From contig CAYZAE010000003.1 in the NCBI GenBank assembly GCA_964476125.1, positions 25,804 to 89,803 on the forward strand: a DNA stretch of 64,000 bases, written 5' to 3'. The DNA is from an uncultured Verrucomicrobiota bacterium (GTDB lineage Bacteria > Verrucomicrobiota > Verrucomicrobiia > Limisphaerales > CAIMTB01). Positions 6,874 to 17,700 of the stretch are shown one piece after another (position 1 is the first letter of the stretch; each line of letters starts with the position of its first letter). Both the position numbers and the translations under genes were made by a program. The notes below the pieces were generated by a model that worked only from the letters and a program-made list of their open reading frames with translations, was not told the DNA's origin and did not search any database.

Positions 6874-8070
6874 TCAGCGCCGTGCGGCGAACGGGGAGGG
6901 GCCGTGGGAACGTTCCCGCTTTTCCAGCAGGCGGAGATAAAGGGTGTGGAGATCGGTGACCATTCGCTCGGTGGTGAAGCTGTCGCGCACGAGGTCCCGG
7001 CCGTGTCTTCCGAGTTCCGCGCGCAGACGCGGGTCCGAACCCATGAGGCGGATCCGTTCCCGCAGGGCCGTCAGATTCCCCGCCGGCACCAGGAACCCCG
7101 TCCGGCCGTTGACGCAGACCTCGTTCGCCCCGTCGCAGTCGTAGGCGATCACGGGCCGCCCGGCGGCCAGGGCCTGGGGCAGGGCGCGTGGAAGCCCCTC
7201 ACGACGGGACAGGTGCACCAGGAAATCCATGATCCCCACCAGATCCGGGATCTGTTCCGGATCGACCAATCCGGTGAACACGAAGTTCTTCGTCAACCCG
7301 CGCGCGGCAATTTCCGCCTCCAGTCTTGCCCGGAGCGGGCCATCGCCCACCAGCAGGATGCGCAGCTGGGGGAGGTCGCGGAAAAGCACGGCGGCGGCTC
7401 CCAGGAGGTCGTCGTGCCCCTTCAGCGGCACCAGCCGGGCAATCTTTCCCACCACGATGTGCTCGGGTCCAAGACCGTACCTGGCCCGAAGGCCGGGATC
7501 CGGCCGGGCTGCCAGAAAGGGGGCGATGTCGAAGCCGCTGAAAACCCGGGTGTAGCGGTCGGGCGCGCCGATTCCGGCGGCGAGGTACTGCCGGGTCATG
7601 GCATTGGCGACCACGACGAAATGCGTCGTGCAGCGGGCGGCCAGCCGTTCCGCGGTGAGGAAGGACAGATTGGCGAGGCGTCCCTGGAAGGGGCCAAAGG
7701 AGGGGCCGTGGATGGTGTGGATGACGACGGGCACACCCGCCCTGCGGGCGGCGATGCGGCCGAGGAGACCGGCCTTGCCGCTGTGGGTGTGCACGATGTC
7801 CGGCCGCTCCGAGCGCAGGATGTGGGTCAGCGTGCGCAAGGCCCGCAGGTCATGGAGCGGGTGGACGGGCCGGACCAGGGTGGGAACGATGGAGAACTGC
7901 TCGGGCACGCGACGGGCGATCGGCTCAAGGGACCCCTCCGGACCGTCCGTGGGTCCGGAAACCAGGTGCACCTCAAGCCCCGGAAGACGGCGCAGTCCGA
8001 GAACGGAATCGAGGGTGTTCTGCTGCGCGCCGCCGACGATGAGCCGGGTGATGATGTGGAAGACGCGCAT
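6874..8070 (-). CDS. GT-B fold glycosyltransferase (GT4 family, 'group 1')
   Basis: MRVFHIITRLIVGGAQQNTL...HTHSGKAGLLG...E(G)LPRALPQALAAGRPVIAYDCDGANEV is a typical GT4 N- and C-domain pattern. I prefer the start at ATG 8070 (MRVFHII) over the track start at 8136. Confidence 0.85.
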   Translation of the reverse strand: MRVFHIITRLIVGGAQQNTLDSVLGLRRLPGLEVHLVSGPTDGPEGSLEPIARRVPEQFSIVPTLVRPVHPLHDLRALRTLTHILRSERPDIVHTHSGKAGLLGRIAARRAGVPVVIHTIHGPSFGPFQGRLANLSFLTAERLAARCTTHFVVVANAMTRQYLAAGIGAPDRYTRVFSGFDIAPFLAARPDPGLRARYGLGPEHIVVGKIARLVPLKGHDDLLGAAAVLFRDLPQLRILLVGDGPLRARLEAEIAARGLTKNFVFTGLVDPEQIPDLVGIMDFLVHLSRREGLPRALPQALAAGRPVIAYDCDGANEVCVNGRTGFLVPAGNLTALRERIRLMGSDPRLRAELGRHGRDLVRDSFTTERMVTDLHTLYLRLLEKRERSHGPSPFAARR

Positions 8071-8138
8071 GGAGGGTGCGCGGCGGGGTTGTCCGGAGGG
8101 CGGGAGAGCGGCGCGGGGAGGATCCGGCGCCCGCACGG

Positions 8139-10964
8139 TCAGGCCCCGAACTTGCCGGCGGCGATGTCCTTGATGCGTTTCTCGGCGGTGCGGGCCTCGG
8201 GCGAACCGGGGACGGCGGTGTCGATGAACTTCTGGTAATGCTTCCGAGCCTCGGGTCCCTTGCGTCGCTGGAAGTCGATCTCGCCCAGATGGTAGTAGAC
8301 CATGTTGAGCTTGGGGGCGAGTTCGAGCAGGCGCCGGTAGTCCTTCTCGGATTCCTCGAGTCGGCCCATCTGGAAGAGGGCCAGGGCGCGGTTCACCAGG
8401 GCGGGGAAGAATCCGGGATCCTTCTCAAGCACCGTATTGAGCGTGCGCACCGCCTCGGCCAGGGCGCCGGTTTGCATCAGGATGGCGCTCTTGCTGATGA
8501 GCGGCCGGGGATCGCCGGGCAGGCGTTCGATCAGTTTGTCGATCGTCTGAAGCGCGGCGTTGGTCTGGTTTGCGGCGACGTAGATGTCGCCGAGCGTCTG
8601 GATCGGCTCCATGCGATCCGGGAATTTCGCCTGGGCCTCCGCGAGGATCCGTTCGGCGGTGGGCAGATCGCCCTTCCGATAGCGGGCCCAGGCTTCGATG
8701 GTGGCCAGGTCGGTTTGCTGGGGAACGGTGAGCGGGCGTTTGTCGGACCGGATCTCGCCAAGGACCTTGAGCGTCTCGTCGTAGGTCTGGGCGGAGAGCG
8801 AGGCGCTGGCCAGCCAGAAGCGGTATTCCAGCGAATCGGGCTGAAGGTCCAGCGCGCGGGCGAACTGCTGGGCGGCCTGGCGGTGCAACCCGCCTTCCTC
8901 CAGAATCCGGCCGAGCCGGTAGCAGAACAGCGGTTCATCGACGGGGCCGCAGATGGAGAGGAAGGAGGGCAGGTCGCGGTAGCGGCCGAGCTGGTCGTTG
9001 AGCGCCTTTTCGAGCACCACGGCCTCGTTCTTCTTCGATCGCAGGTTCTCGTTGTAGCGGGTGTTGATGATGGCGGCGATGTTGTCCTTGCTGAGCTGCG
9101 AGGCGGCGGTGAAGAAATCGGCGGCCTCGGTGATCCGGCCGCGGCGCTGGAGGGCGACGCCCCAGGTGTTGAGGGCGCGCGAGTAGTGGGCGGCGATGGG
9201 GATGGTGTCATTCATCTTCCGCTCGCGCATGCGGGCCAGGGTGGGGTTTTCCACGAGTTTTTCGCGGATCTTGTTCCAGCGCTGGTGGACGGCGTTGAAC
9301 TCCTCATCCGGCAGCTGGGGCAGCCGGAAGGTTTCCATGGTCTGGAAATTGAAGGCGTAGACCGTGTTGGTGGGGCGGAGGTAGTAGGACTCGAAATAGA
9401 AACCGAAGCTGGGATGGAGATAGTACAGCTGGTTGGTGAGGCCGAGGGCGACCATCTGGTGGAGGATGATGTTGTCGCCGATCGGGTCGCTGATCTCCTC
9501 GATCTTGAGCGCGGGCCAGCGTGAGTCGTAGGTCTTTTCGTGGTGCCGCTGATAGAAGTGGCGGGGGAGGATCTGGGTGTTGATCGGGATGACCTCCTTG
9601 GCCTGCCCTTTTTCGGTGAGCAACCCCATGGCCAGCATCAGGAGCGAGTTGTCGTCGCTCACCAGCGTCTTTTTTCCGGGCGGAAGATCGACCAGGGTTT
9701 CCGCGAGTTCCCGGACGAAGGGCCCGTTCTGTGCCTGGATGGTGGGAGCGCTGCGGACGGCCAGCATGCCGGCGGCGGCGATGGGCAGGATCACGGAGAG
9801 GCCTGCGACCAGCTTGCCCAGGGCGATGAGGCTGCTGCCCGGGGGACGCGGGGCCTTGCGGTCGGGTTCCTGGCTGAACACCAGCATGGCGTAGCCGGAC
9901 ATGTAGCCGACCACGAGGGCGGCGAGGAAATAGAAGTGAAGGAACGGCAGGCCGAGCCCGATTTCGCGGGGACTGAACGGGGGGTCGAACATGACCCAGG
10001 TGCAGGCGGCGAGGAAGACGAGGTGGACCACCCGGAACATCACGTTGGTGATCGCGGAGCCGGCGGCGCTCATGTCGCCGAACGAGGACGGCCAGCGGAT
10101 TCCCATGAAGACCACGGGCACGATCGAGGTCAGGCTGCAGAACAGCAGGATGGTTCGGGGAAAACTGAAGATGTATTGCCGCTGGAAGCTAAGTTGGGTC
10201 CGGAGCAGTTCGAAGAAGCTCATGTCCGATTGGCCGGACATTTTCAGGGCGATGGGCTGGACCAGGTAGAAGAGGAGTCCGGCGATGCCGGCCAGGGTGG
10301 TTCGGATGAGAAAGGGGCCGTCGAAGAACGGGATGCCCTTGGCCCAGACGATGGCGCAGAAGAAGAGCGGGGCGAAACCGATCACCCCCCAGTCGTTCGC
10401 GGCGGCGGCGCCGAAGGCGAAGGAGAGCCAGGCCAGGTAACGGTCTTCCTCGAGAATGCGGAACCGCAGGAAGGAGAAGATGCAGAAGGCGAACAGCGCG
10501 AGATTCACCATCTCCCCGGTCATCGCGGTGGCGTTCTCCCAGAAGGTGAGCTGGAAACCCAGGAGCGCCGCGGCCGCGGCGGCGGGCATCCAGGCGAAGG
10601 GAATGGTCAGGAAGCTGAAATCGCTGCGTTCACGCTGTCGCTGCTCCCGGGTCCGGTCATGGGGCAGGAGGACGATGCATTTGACGAGGAGCCCGAGGAC
10701 GAGGGCGGCGAGCAGCGCGCTGAAGGCGTTCAGGCCGACCGGTTGGAGCGGTGCGGGCAGCAGACGGAGCGGGTAGGTGACGAGCAGCGTCACCGGCCCG
10801 AGTTGCATCGAGTTCCAGTCCCAGCCCGCCACCTTCGACACGACTTCAACACTGCTGAAGCCGACCCATCGGTTGAGTGTCGCCCCGTACAGCAACAGGC
10901 CGGCGGCGGCGGCGAGCCACGGGAGAACGAAATGGACAAAGCGCGAGTGTTCTCTTGCGGCCAT
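8139..10964 (-). CDS. Large polytopic membrane protein (about 480 aa, at least 10 predicted helices) fused to a C-terminal TPR array; possible GT-C-fold glycosyltransferase
   Basis: ATG at 10964 (MAAREHSRFVHFVLPWLAAAAGLLLYGATL...) avoids colliding with the divergent pyrG start. The C-terminal 450 aa show repeated TPR-like A/Y/L periodicity (e.g. AAQQFARALDLQPDSLEYRFWLA, LGDIYVAANQTNAALQTIDKLIE, VYYHLGEIDFQRRKGPEARKHYQKFI). The enzymatic assignment is speculative. Confidence 0.8.
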   Translation of the reverse strand: MAAREHSRFVHFVLPWLAAAAGLLLYGATLNRWVGFSSVEVVSKVAGWDWNSMQLGPVTLLVTYPLRLLPAPLQPVGLNAFSALLAALVLGLLVKCIVLLPHDRTREQRQRERSDFSFLTIPFAWMPAAAAAALLGFQLTFWENATAMTGEMVNLALFAFCIFSFLRFRILEEDRYLAWLSFAFGAAAANDWGVIGFAPLFFCAIVWAKGIPFFDGPFLIRTTLAGIAGLLFYLVQPIALKMSGQSDMSFFELLRTQLSFQRQYIFSFPRTILLFCSLTSIVPVVFMGIRWPSSFGDMSAAGSAITNVMFRVVHLVFLAACTWVMFDPPFSPREIGLGLPFLHFYFLAALVVGYMSGYAMLVFSQEPDRKAPRPPGSSLIALGKLVAGLSVILPIAAAGMLAVRSAPTIQAQNGPFVRELAETLVDLPPGKKTLVSDDNSLLMLAMGLLTEKGQAKEVIPINTQILPRHFYQRHHEKTYDSRWPALKIEEISDPIGDNIILHQMVALGLTNQLYYLHPSFGFYFESYYLRPTNTVYAFNFQTMETFRLPQLPDEEFNAVHQRWNKIREKLVENPTLARMRERKMNDTIPIAAHYSRALNTWGVALQRRGRITEAADFFTAASQLSKDNIAAIINTRYNENLRSKKNEAVVLEKALNDQLGRYRDLPSFLSICGPVDEPLFCYRLGRILEEGGLHRQAAQQFARALDLQPDSLEYRFWLASASLSAQTYDETLKVLGEIRSDKRPLTVPQQTDLATIEAWARYRKGDLPTAERILAEAQAKFPDRMEPIQTLGDIYVAANQTNAALQTIDKLIERLPGDPRPLISKSAILMQTGALAEAVRTLNTVLEKDPGFFPALVNRALALFQMGRLEESEKDYRRLLELAPKLNMVYYHLGEIDFQRRKGPEARKHYQKFIDTAVPGSPEARTAEKRIKDIAAGKFGA

Positions 10965-11091
10965 AATGAATGGACGTGGAGTGTGAGGACCCAGTTCGTC
11001 GCTTGGCAAGCTGCCACTCGCAGCGGTGTTGGGAGGGTGAGACTGGTGCCACTTTCCGCTGGCGGTGGGGGTGGGCGGCTTGGGAATCTGA

Positions 11092-12711
<1,620 letters not shown>

Positions 12712-12725
12712 GCGTCCGCCCGCGC

Positions 12726-14015
12726 ATGCGCTATTCCGAGGCCCTGGAATTCCTGCGCGGACTCCAACGCGCAGGCATGCGCCCCGGGCTGGACCGGGTG
12801 CTGCGTCTGGCCGCCGCCGCCGGGAATCCGGAGCGCGAACTCCGCTTCATCCACGTTGCCGGGACCAACGGCAAGGGATCGACCTGCGCGTTTCTTGAGA
12901 GCCTGTACCGTGCGCGGGGACATCGCGTCGGGCTCTACACCTCCCCGCATCTCGGGACGTTTCGCGAACGGATCCAGGTGGATCGGGTGCCGATCCCCGA
13001 GGCGGAGGCGGCCCGGTTGATCGCGTCGCTGGCCGCGAAGGCCGAGGGCGCGGGAACGCCCGACGGGCCCTCGTTCTTCGAATTCACCACGGTGCTGGCG
13101 CTCGAGTGGTTTCGCGTCAGCGGTTGCGAGGTGGTGATCTGGGAGACGGGGATGGGCGGACGTCGCGATGCCACGAATATTGTCACCCCCCTGGCTTCGG
13201 TGATCACCAACATCGGGTGGGATCACATGCCCTGGCTCGGAAACACCCTTGCGGCCATCGCCGGGGAGAAGGCGGGCATTTTCAAGCCGGGTGTGCCGGC
13301 GCTGACCGCTGTGGAGGAGCCCTCGGCTCTCGAAGTCCTGCGCGAAACGGCCCGCAGTCTGGGCGTGCCCCTGCGGTGCGTCCTGCCCAAGGGTCCCGAG
13401 GTCGCCGCCCTTCTTGGCGCGGGTCTGGATTCAGGAATGACCGGCGAACATCAGGTCCTCAACGCGGCCCTGGCCCTGGCCACGGCAGAGGAATTGGGGG
13501 CGGTTCCGGCGGGTGACCGCGCGAATGCGTTGCGGGCCCTGGCAAACACCCAGTGGCCCGGCCGCTTCCAGGTGTTGCCGATGGGAAGCCGCGAACTGGT
13601 GCTGGACGCCGCGCACAACCAGCCCGCCTTCCGCGCCCTGGCCTCCGCGTTGGACGCACGATTTCCCGGGGACAGGCACGCTGTGGTCCTGGGACTTTTC
13701 CCGGACAAGGATTCCGACGCCGCCGCGGATCTTCTGCTCGCCGGAGCGACCCGGGTGGTGGTGGTGCCGATCGGACCGGGACCGGGCCGGGAGCACGAGG
13801 CGGAGGCCCTGGCGGTCCGGTGGGGCGGACGCGGAATTCGATGCGAACGCGCCGTCAGCGTGCGGGAGGCGCTGGCTCGGTTGTCCGGCGAGGGAAGGAT
13901 CGTCGTGACCGGGTCCTTCCAGGTGGTGGGGGAGGCGCTCGACGTGGTGTCGGGCAGGTCCGAGGCGGAGTCGGAGCGCTGGCTTAACGAGTGGAGGCCC
14001 CCGCCGGTTCCTTGA
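12726..14015 (+). CDS. folC: Bifunctional folylpolyglutamate synthase / dihydrofolate synthase
   Basis: MRYSEALEFL... is followed by the P-loop HVAGTNGKGST and then ETGMGGRRDATN and GEKAGIFK. I prefer the start at ATG 12726, because the track start at 12570 overlaps pyrG. Confidence 0.93.
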   Translation: MRYSEALEFLRGLQRAGMRPGLDRVLRLAAAAGNPERELRFIHVAGTNGKGSTCAFLESLYRARGHRVGLYTSPHLGTFRERIQVDRVPIPEAEAARLIASLAAKAEGAGTPDGPSFFEFTTVLALEWFRVSGCEVVIWETGMGGRRDATNIVTPLASVITNIGWDHMPWLGNTLAAIAGEKAGIFKPGVPALTAVEEPSALEVLRETARSLGVPLRCVLPKGPEVAALLGAGLDSGMTGEHQVLNAALALATAEELGAVPAGDRANALRALANTQWPGRFQVLPMGSRELVLDAAHNQPAFRALASALDARFPGDRHAVVLGLFPDKDSDAAADLLLAGATRVVVVPIGPGPGREHEAEALAVRWGGRGIRCERAVSVREALARLSGEGRIVVTGSFQVVGEALDVVSGRSEAESERWLNEWRPPPVP

Positions 14016-17000
14016 GCGAGATCAGGTAGGCCATCAGGTCCCGCAGTTCGAAGGAAGTCAGGACCTCACCCATGGGTGGCATGGCCGAGACCGAGCTGGT
14101 GGTCTGGCGGAGAATCGTTCGCCGCGGAATCCTGCGCACGACGCCGTTGGCCATCCGAAGCGTCAGTTCGCCTCCGGTTTCCGACAGGCGCACGCCGTCG
14201 ACCTCGTCCCCGTTGCTTAATTCGACCGAAGTGGTGGCGTAGCCGTCGGCAATGCGGGCGCTGGGAAGCACGAGGGATTCGAGCAGGTATTCCGGCGGCA
14301 CGCGGCTGGCGATTCCCTTCAGCACGGGGCCCACCTGCTGTCCTTCGCCACCGGCTTCGTGGCAGCGGATGCATTGGGCGTTGGCGTGCGTGCGGAAGAT
14401 CTCCTGTCCGCGCTTCGGGTCTCCTCCGCGCAGGGTCACCCGGTAGCGGGCCAGGGGATCGAGCGGACTCACGGTCTTTTCGTAGGCGGCCAGCCGGGGT
14501 TGAAGGGCGGGATCGGCGCGGCGGCGGACGGCCTCGACGACGTCGAGGGAGATTTCAGGCTGGAGCTTTCGCGTGGTGAGTTGATCCAGGAGTTCTCCAA
14601 GCCAGGGGCTCACGGACGTCCCGGGCAGGGTTGCCGCCAGTCGGAACGCCGCCTGCCGTTCCGGCACCGGCCAGTCCGCCCCCTTGCCGATGGCTTCGCT
14701 CAGAAAGGCCTCCGGGCGATGTTCCGCCTGCAAACGCAAGGCCGTGAGTCGGAGTTCGGGTTGGGTCGAGGCCAGCGCTTTGGGGAGGGCCTCCGTAAAG
14801 GCGGCAGCCTTTCGGCTCGCAAGCATCTCCAGCGACCGGGCCCGGACTTCCGCGGATTGCTGCTCCGACACGGCCCATTCGGCGAAGATCGCGTCGTCGA
14901 CGGCCAGATGATTCTCCAGTGCCACCCGGACGAGCGCGGGCAGGAGCACCGGGCCGGCGGTTCGGGTCAGGGCGTTGAACCGGGACTGCAGTGTCTCGTT
15001 CCCCAGCGCGGCCGCGCGAGGGCTGAGGGGGCGGACGAATCCCTGCACGCGATCAAGGGCGGGGGTGCGCGACCAGCCGGCCAGGCATTCCACCGCTTCG
15101 AGGCGAAGGTCCTCCGGGCGCGCAGGGTCCTCGGCAAAAGCCGCCAGCCGCTGGGCGCCCGCCTCCGTGCCCATCAGGTAATGAGCGCTGAGCACGCGTC
15201 GGAGCATGCCCGGTTCGTTGTTCCATTCCGGTTTGTCCACCCGCGCCGCGAGGGCCGGAAGCGCCGCGGGAATCGAGTCGTCGTCATGAATGGCCCTGGC
15301 CGCCTCCCGGCTCACCGAGGCGTCGGTGTCGGCAAGAAAGACCTGAACCGCAGGCGATCGGAGTCGCCGCAGGGCCACCACCGCGCCCAGGCGCACGGCG
15401 GAACTGGGATGGCGGGAGAGTGCGGAGATGGTCTCGGGGGTGGCTGAGCCGGCCAGCCCCACGACGGCGCCATGGCGCAGGAAACCATCCTGGTCAGCGT
15501 TGGCAGCGAGCAGTCCGACCAGTCCATCGAAGGCCGAGGGATCCGAAATCTTGCCAAGCGCGAGCGAGGCCTGCAGTCGGACGGCGGCATCGTCATCCTT
15601 CAAGGCCTGGATCAGCCGGGGCGTCGCGTCCCGAAGCCGGGCCGTGCCCGCCACCTTGGCGGCCTGGGCCCGGATCCGGGGATCCGGATCGGCAAGCGGG
15701 AGTTCGTTGGCGGAGCGGAGGGTTCCACCCTGGCCCAGGCCCCAGAGCGCATGAGCGCGAGCCAGAGCGGGCTGATCGTTCGAGCGCGCGATGGCAAGCA
15801 GGGCGGGGAACTCACGACGGCGCACCAGCTCGAACTGGCAACGCAGCCGGATGCGCTGGTCGGCGTGCCCGAGCAGCCGGGTGAGTTCCTCCACGGATCG
15901 TTTTCCGAAGCCTTCGCGGAGCAGGTCGCGGACGGCAATGCGGACCGCCGACTTTGCCGCTTCCGGGTGATCGACCCGCCAGACGGATCCGCGTCCGCTT
16001 GGCGACCACATGCCATCCCAGTCCCCGAGGCACAGGGCGCCGTCGGGGCTGAAGTCGAGCGACGACGCCATCATGCCCGAGACGAAGGTGTGTTCGTTGA
16101 CCATCTCAAAGCCGGCGCCGCGGGGTCGGATCTGGAAGGCGGTGACCTTGGCGACGGGGAACTGGATGAGGAAGAAGTAGCCGCGGTAGGCGTCGGTGAG
16201 GGCGGTGCCGGGATTGTACCGGAACGAACCGGGACCAATGGAGTAGTTCGAGAGGGGCGGGGTGATGTGGGCGGGTTGACCTGGAAACCGCGGCACCCAC
16301 ATGCGTTCGTCGACCCACGGATTGTAATTCGGCATCCGGGTTTGGACGGCCCAGCCCGATTCCCGGAACTGCCAGTGCAGTCGCCACCCGGAGTCGCTGC
16401 CTTCGGTGATGAACACGAAACGCTCCCGCTCGTCCGCCAGGTCGCCGTCGTTGTCGACCGCGAACAGGTTGCCCCAGTCGTCGAATGCGATCTCCTGCGG
16501 ATTGCGCAGTCCGGTCGCGAAAACCTCCAGGTCCGAGCCGTCGGGGTTCATGCGCAGCACGCCGCCCGTGTTCGGATGGTGCAGCCGGCGTCCCTCCCGG
16601 TTGGTCACCGAGAATCCGTTGTCCCCCACCGAGAAGTAGATCTTGCCGTCCGGCCCGGCGATGAGCCCGTGGAGATCGTGGCCGTCGAACGCGGCATGGA
16701 CACCGAAGCCCCGGAACACGATCTCCTTGCGGTCGGCCACTCCGTCGCCGTCGGTGTCGCGCAATCTCCAGAGATCGGGGTAAATGGTGACGAAGACATC
16801 GTCCTCCCAGGGCAGAACCCCGGCGATGACCCCATTGATCTCCTCGTTGAAGCCTTCGGCGAAGACCTTCGCCCGGTCCGCCTTCCCGAGGCTGGCGGAG
16901 TCCTCCAGCCAGTGAACCTTCTCCTTCACCGCCTCCAGGTCGTGCCAGTCATGCAGGCCGTCCTGATTATAATCCCGAAGCCAGGCTGCGTTGAGCAGGC

Positions 17001-17427
17001 TGTTTTCCGTCGACATCCGGGACCGGAAGAAGTTCCGGAGATCGTCCACCGACTGGTTGGCGAGGTCGTCCACGACCCAGGACGCGTGGCTGCGGATGTC
17101 GATGTCGACGGTGCCGCGGCGGGCGGTTTCGACGACGTAGAGCCGGCCGCGGTCGTCGTGGGAGAGGGCGACCGGGCTGCGCAGCATGGGTTCGCGGGCC
17201 CAGCGGTTGAGTTCGAATCCGGTGGGGGCCTTGGGCGTGACGCCCTCGGGAACCTGGGCCTGGAGGGTGGAAACACCGGTCGATCCGAGTCCCAGGGCGA
17301 GGGTGAAGCCGAGGGCAAGGGCAAGGGCACGGGCCAGGGCGCGCAGGCGCAGGTGCAGGCGCAGGGAGTTCATCCGCGGAACGGAGGGGGAATCGAGTCG
17401 GGGCGGGCGGATGATCGTCGGATTCAT
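13984..17427 (-). CDS. PVC-type heme-binding CxxCH protein (membrane-bound-dehydrogenase-like beta-propeller, HEAT repeats and a C-terminal cytochrome c domain)
   Basis: A signal-peptide-like N-terminus (LALALGFTLALGLGSTGVSTLQAQ) precedes a propeller-like region (LYVVETAR..., FSVGDNG, FAVDNDGD). HEAT-like repeats follow (DPRIRAQAAK, DDAAVRLQASLALGK). The C-terminal part reads ANAQCIRCHEAGGEG...MPPMGEVL. ATG 17427 has GAGGGA upstream, and an alternative start is 17373. Confidence 0.9.
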   Translation of the reverse strand: MNPTIIRPPRLDSPSVPRMNSLRLHLRLRALARALALALGFTLALGLGSTGVSTLQAQVPEGVTPKAPTGFELNRWAREPMLRSPVALSHDDRGRLYVVETARRGTVDIDIRSHASWVVDDLANQSVDDLRNFFRSRMSTENSLLNAAWLRDYNQDGLHDWHDLEAVKEKVHWLEDSASLGKADRAKVFAEGFNEEINGVIAGVLPWEDDVFVTIYPDLWRLRDTDGDGVADRKEIVFRGFGVHAAFDGHDLHGLIAGPDGKIYFSVGDNGFSVTNREGRRLHHPNTGGVLRMNPDGSDLEVFATGLRNPQEIAFDDWGNLFAVDNDGDLADERERFVFITEGSDSGWRLHWQFRESGWAVQTRMPNYNPWVDERMWVPRFPGQPAHITPPLSNYSIGPGSFRYNPGTALTDAYRGYFFLIQFPVAKVTAFQIRPRGAGFEMVNEHTFVSGMMASSLDFSPDGALCLGDWDGMWSPSGRGSVWRVDHPEAAKSAVRIAVRDLLREGFGKRSVEELTRLLGHADQRIRLRCQFELVRRREFPALLAIARSNDQPALARAHALWGLGQGGTLRSANELPLADPDPRIRAQAAKVAGTARLRDATPRLIQALKDDDAAVRLQASLALGKISDPSAFDGLVGLLAANADQDGFLRHGAVVGLAGSATPETISALSRHPSSAVRLGAVVALRRLRSPAVQVFLADTDASVSREAARAIHDDDSIPAALPALAARVDKPEWNNEPGMLRRVLSAHYLMGTEAGAQRLAAFAEDPARPEDLRLEAVECLAGWSRTPALDRVQGFVRPLSPRAAALGNETLQSRFNALTRTAGPVLLPALVRVALENHLAVDDAIFAEWAVSEQQSAEVRARSLEMLASRKAAAFTEALPKALASTQPELRLTALRLQAEHRPEAFLSEAIGKGADWPVPERQAAFRLAATLPGTSVSPWLGELLDQLTTRKLQPEISLDVVEAVRRRADPALQPRLAAYEKTVSPLDPLARYRVTLRGGDPKRGQEIFRTHANAQCIRCHEAGGEGQQVGPVLKGIASRVPPEYLLESLVLPSARIADGYATTSVELSNGDEVDGVRLSETGGELTLRMANGVVRRIPRRTILRQTTSSVSAMPPMGEVLTSFELRDLMAYLISLKEPAGASTR

Positions 17428-17700
17428 TCGGCGTCCCTCGACCCTGTCTGAAGCGTCAGCCTTGCGGCAAGAGGACGTTCCAATGGGTGCGGATCCAGGT
17501 GGCGAAAAGACGCCGCCCCGCCTGCGCGGTGCGGGGTGTTTGATTGTCAACAATTTAGATGCGACCCCATTGAAACTCTTCAGACCCGAATCCGATCTTG
17601 TCTCCCCTCTGTGCTCTCTGTGCCCTCTGGGGTGAAAGCAATCGGGACGCGCCCCTCCAGTGGAATTGTCGAATGTCGGGACTTGATCCCGTCGCTGGCA

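Noticed and set aside
17205-17220. tRNA T-loop-like string GGTTGAGTTCGAATCC
   Set aside because: It lies inside the heme-binding protein CDS. The flanks do not form T-stem, acceptor or anticodon arms.
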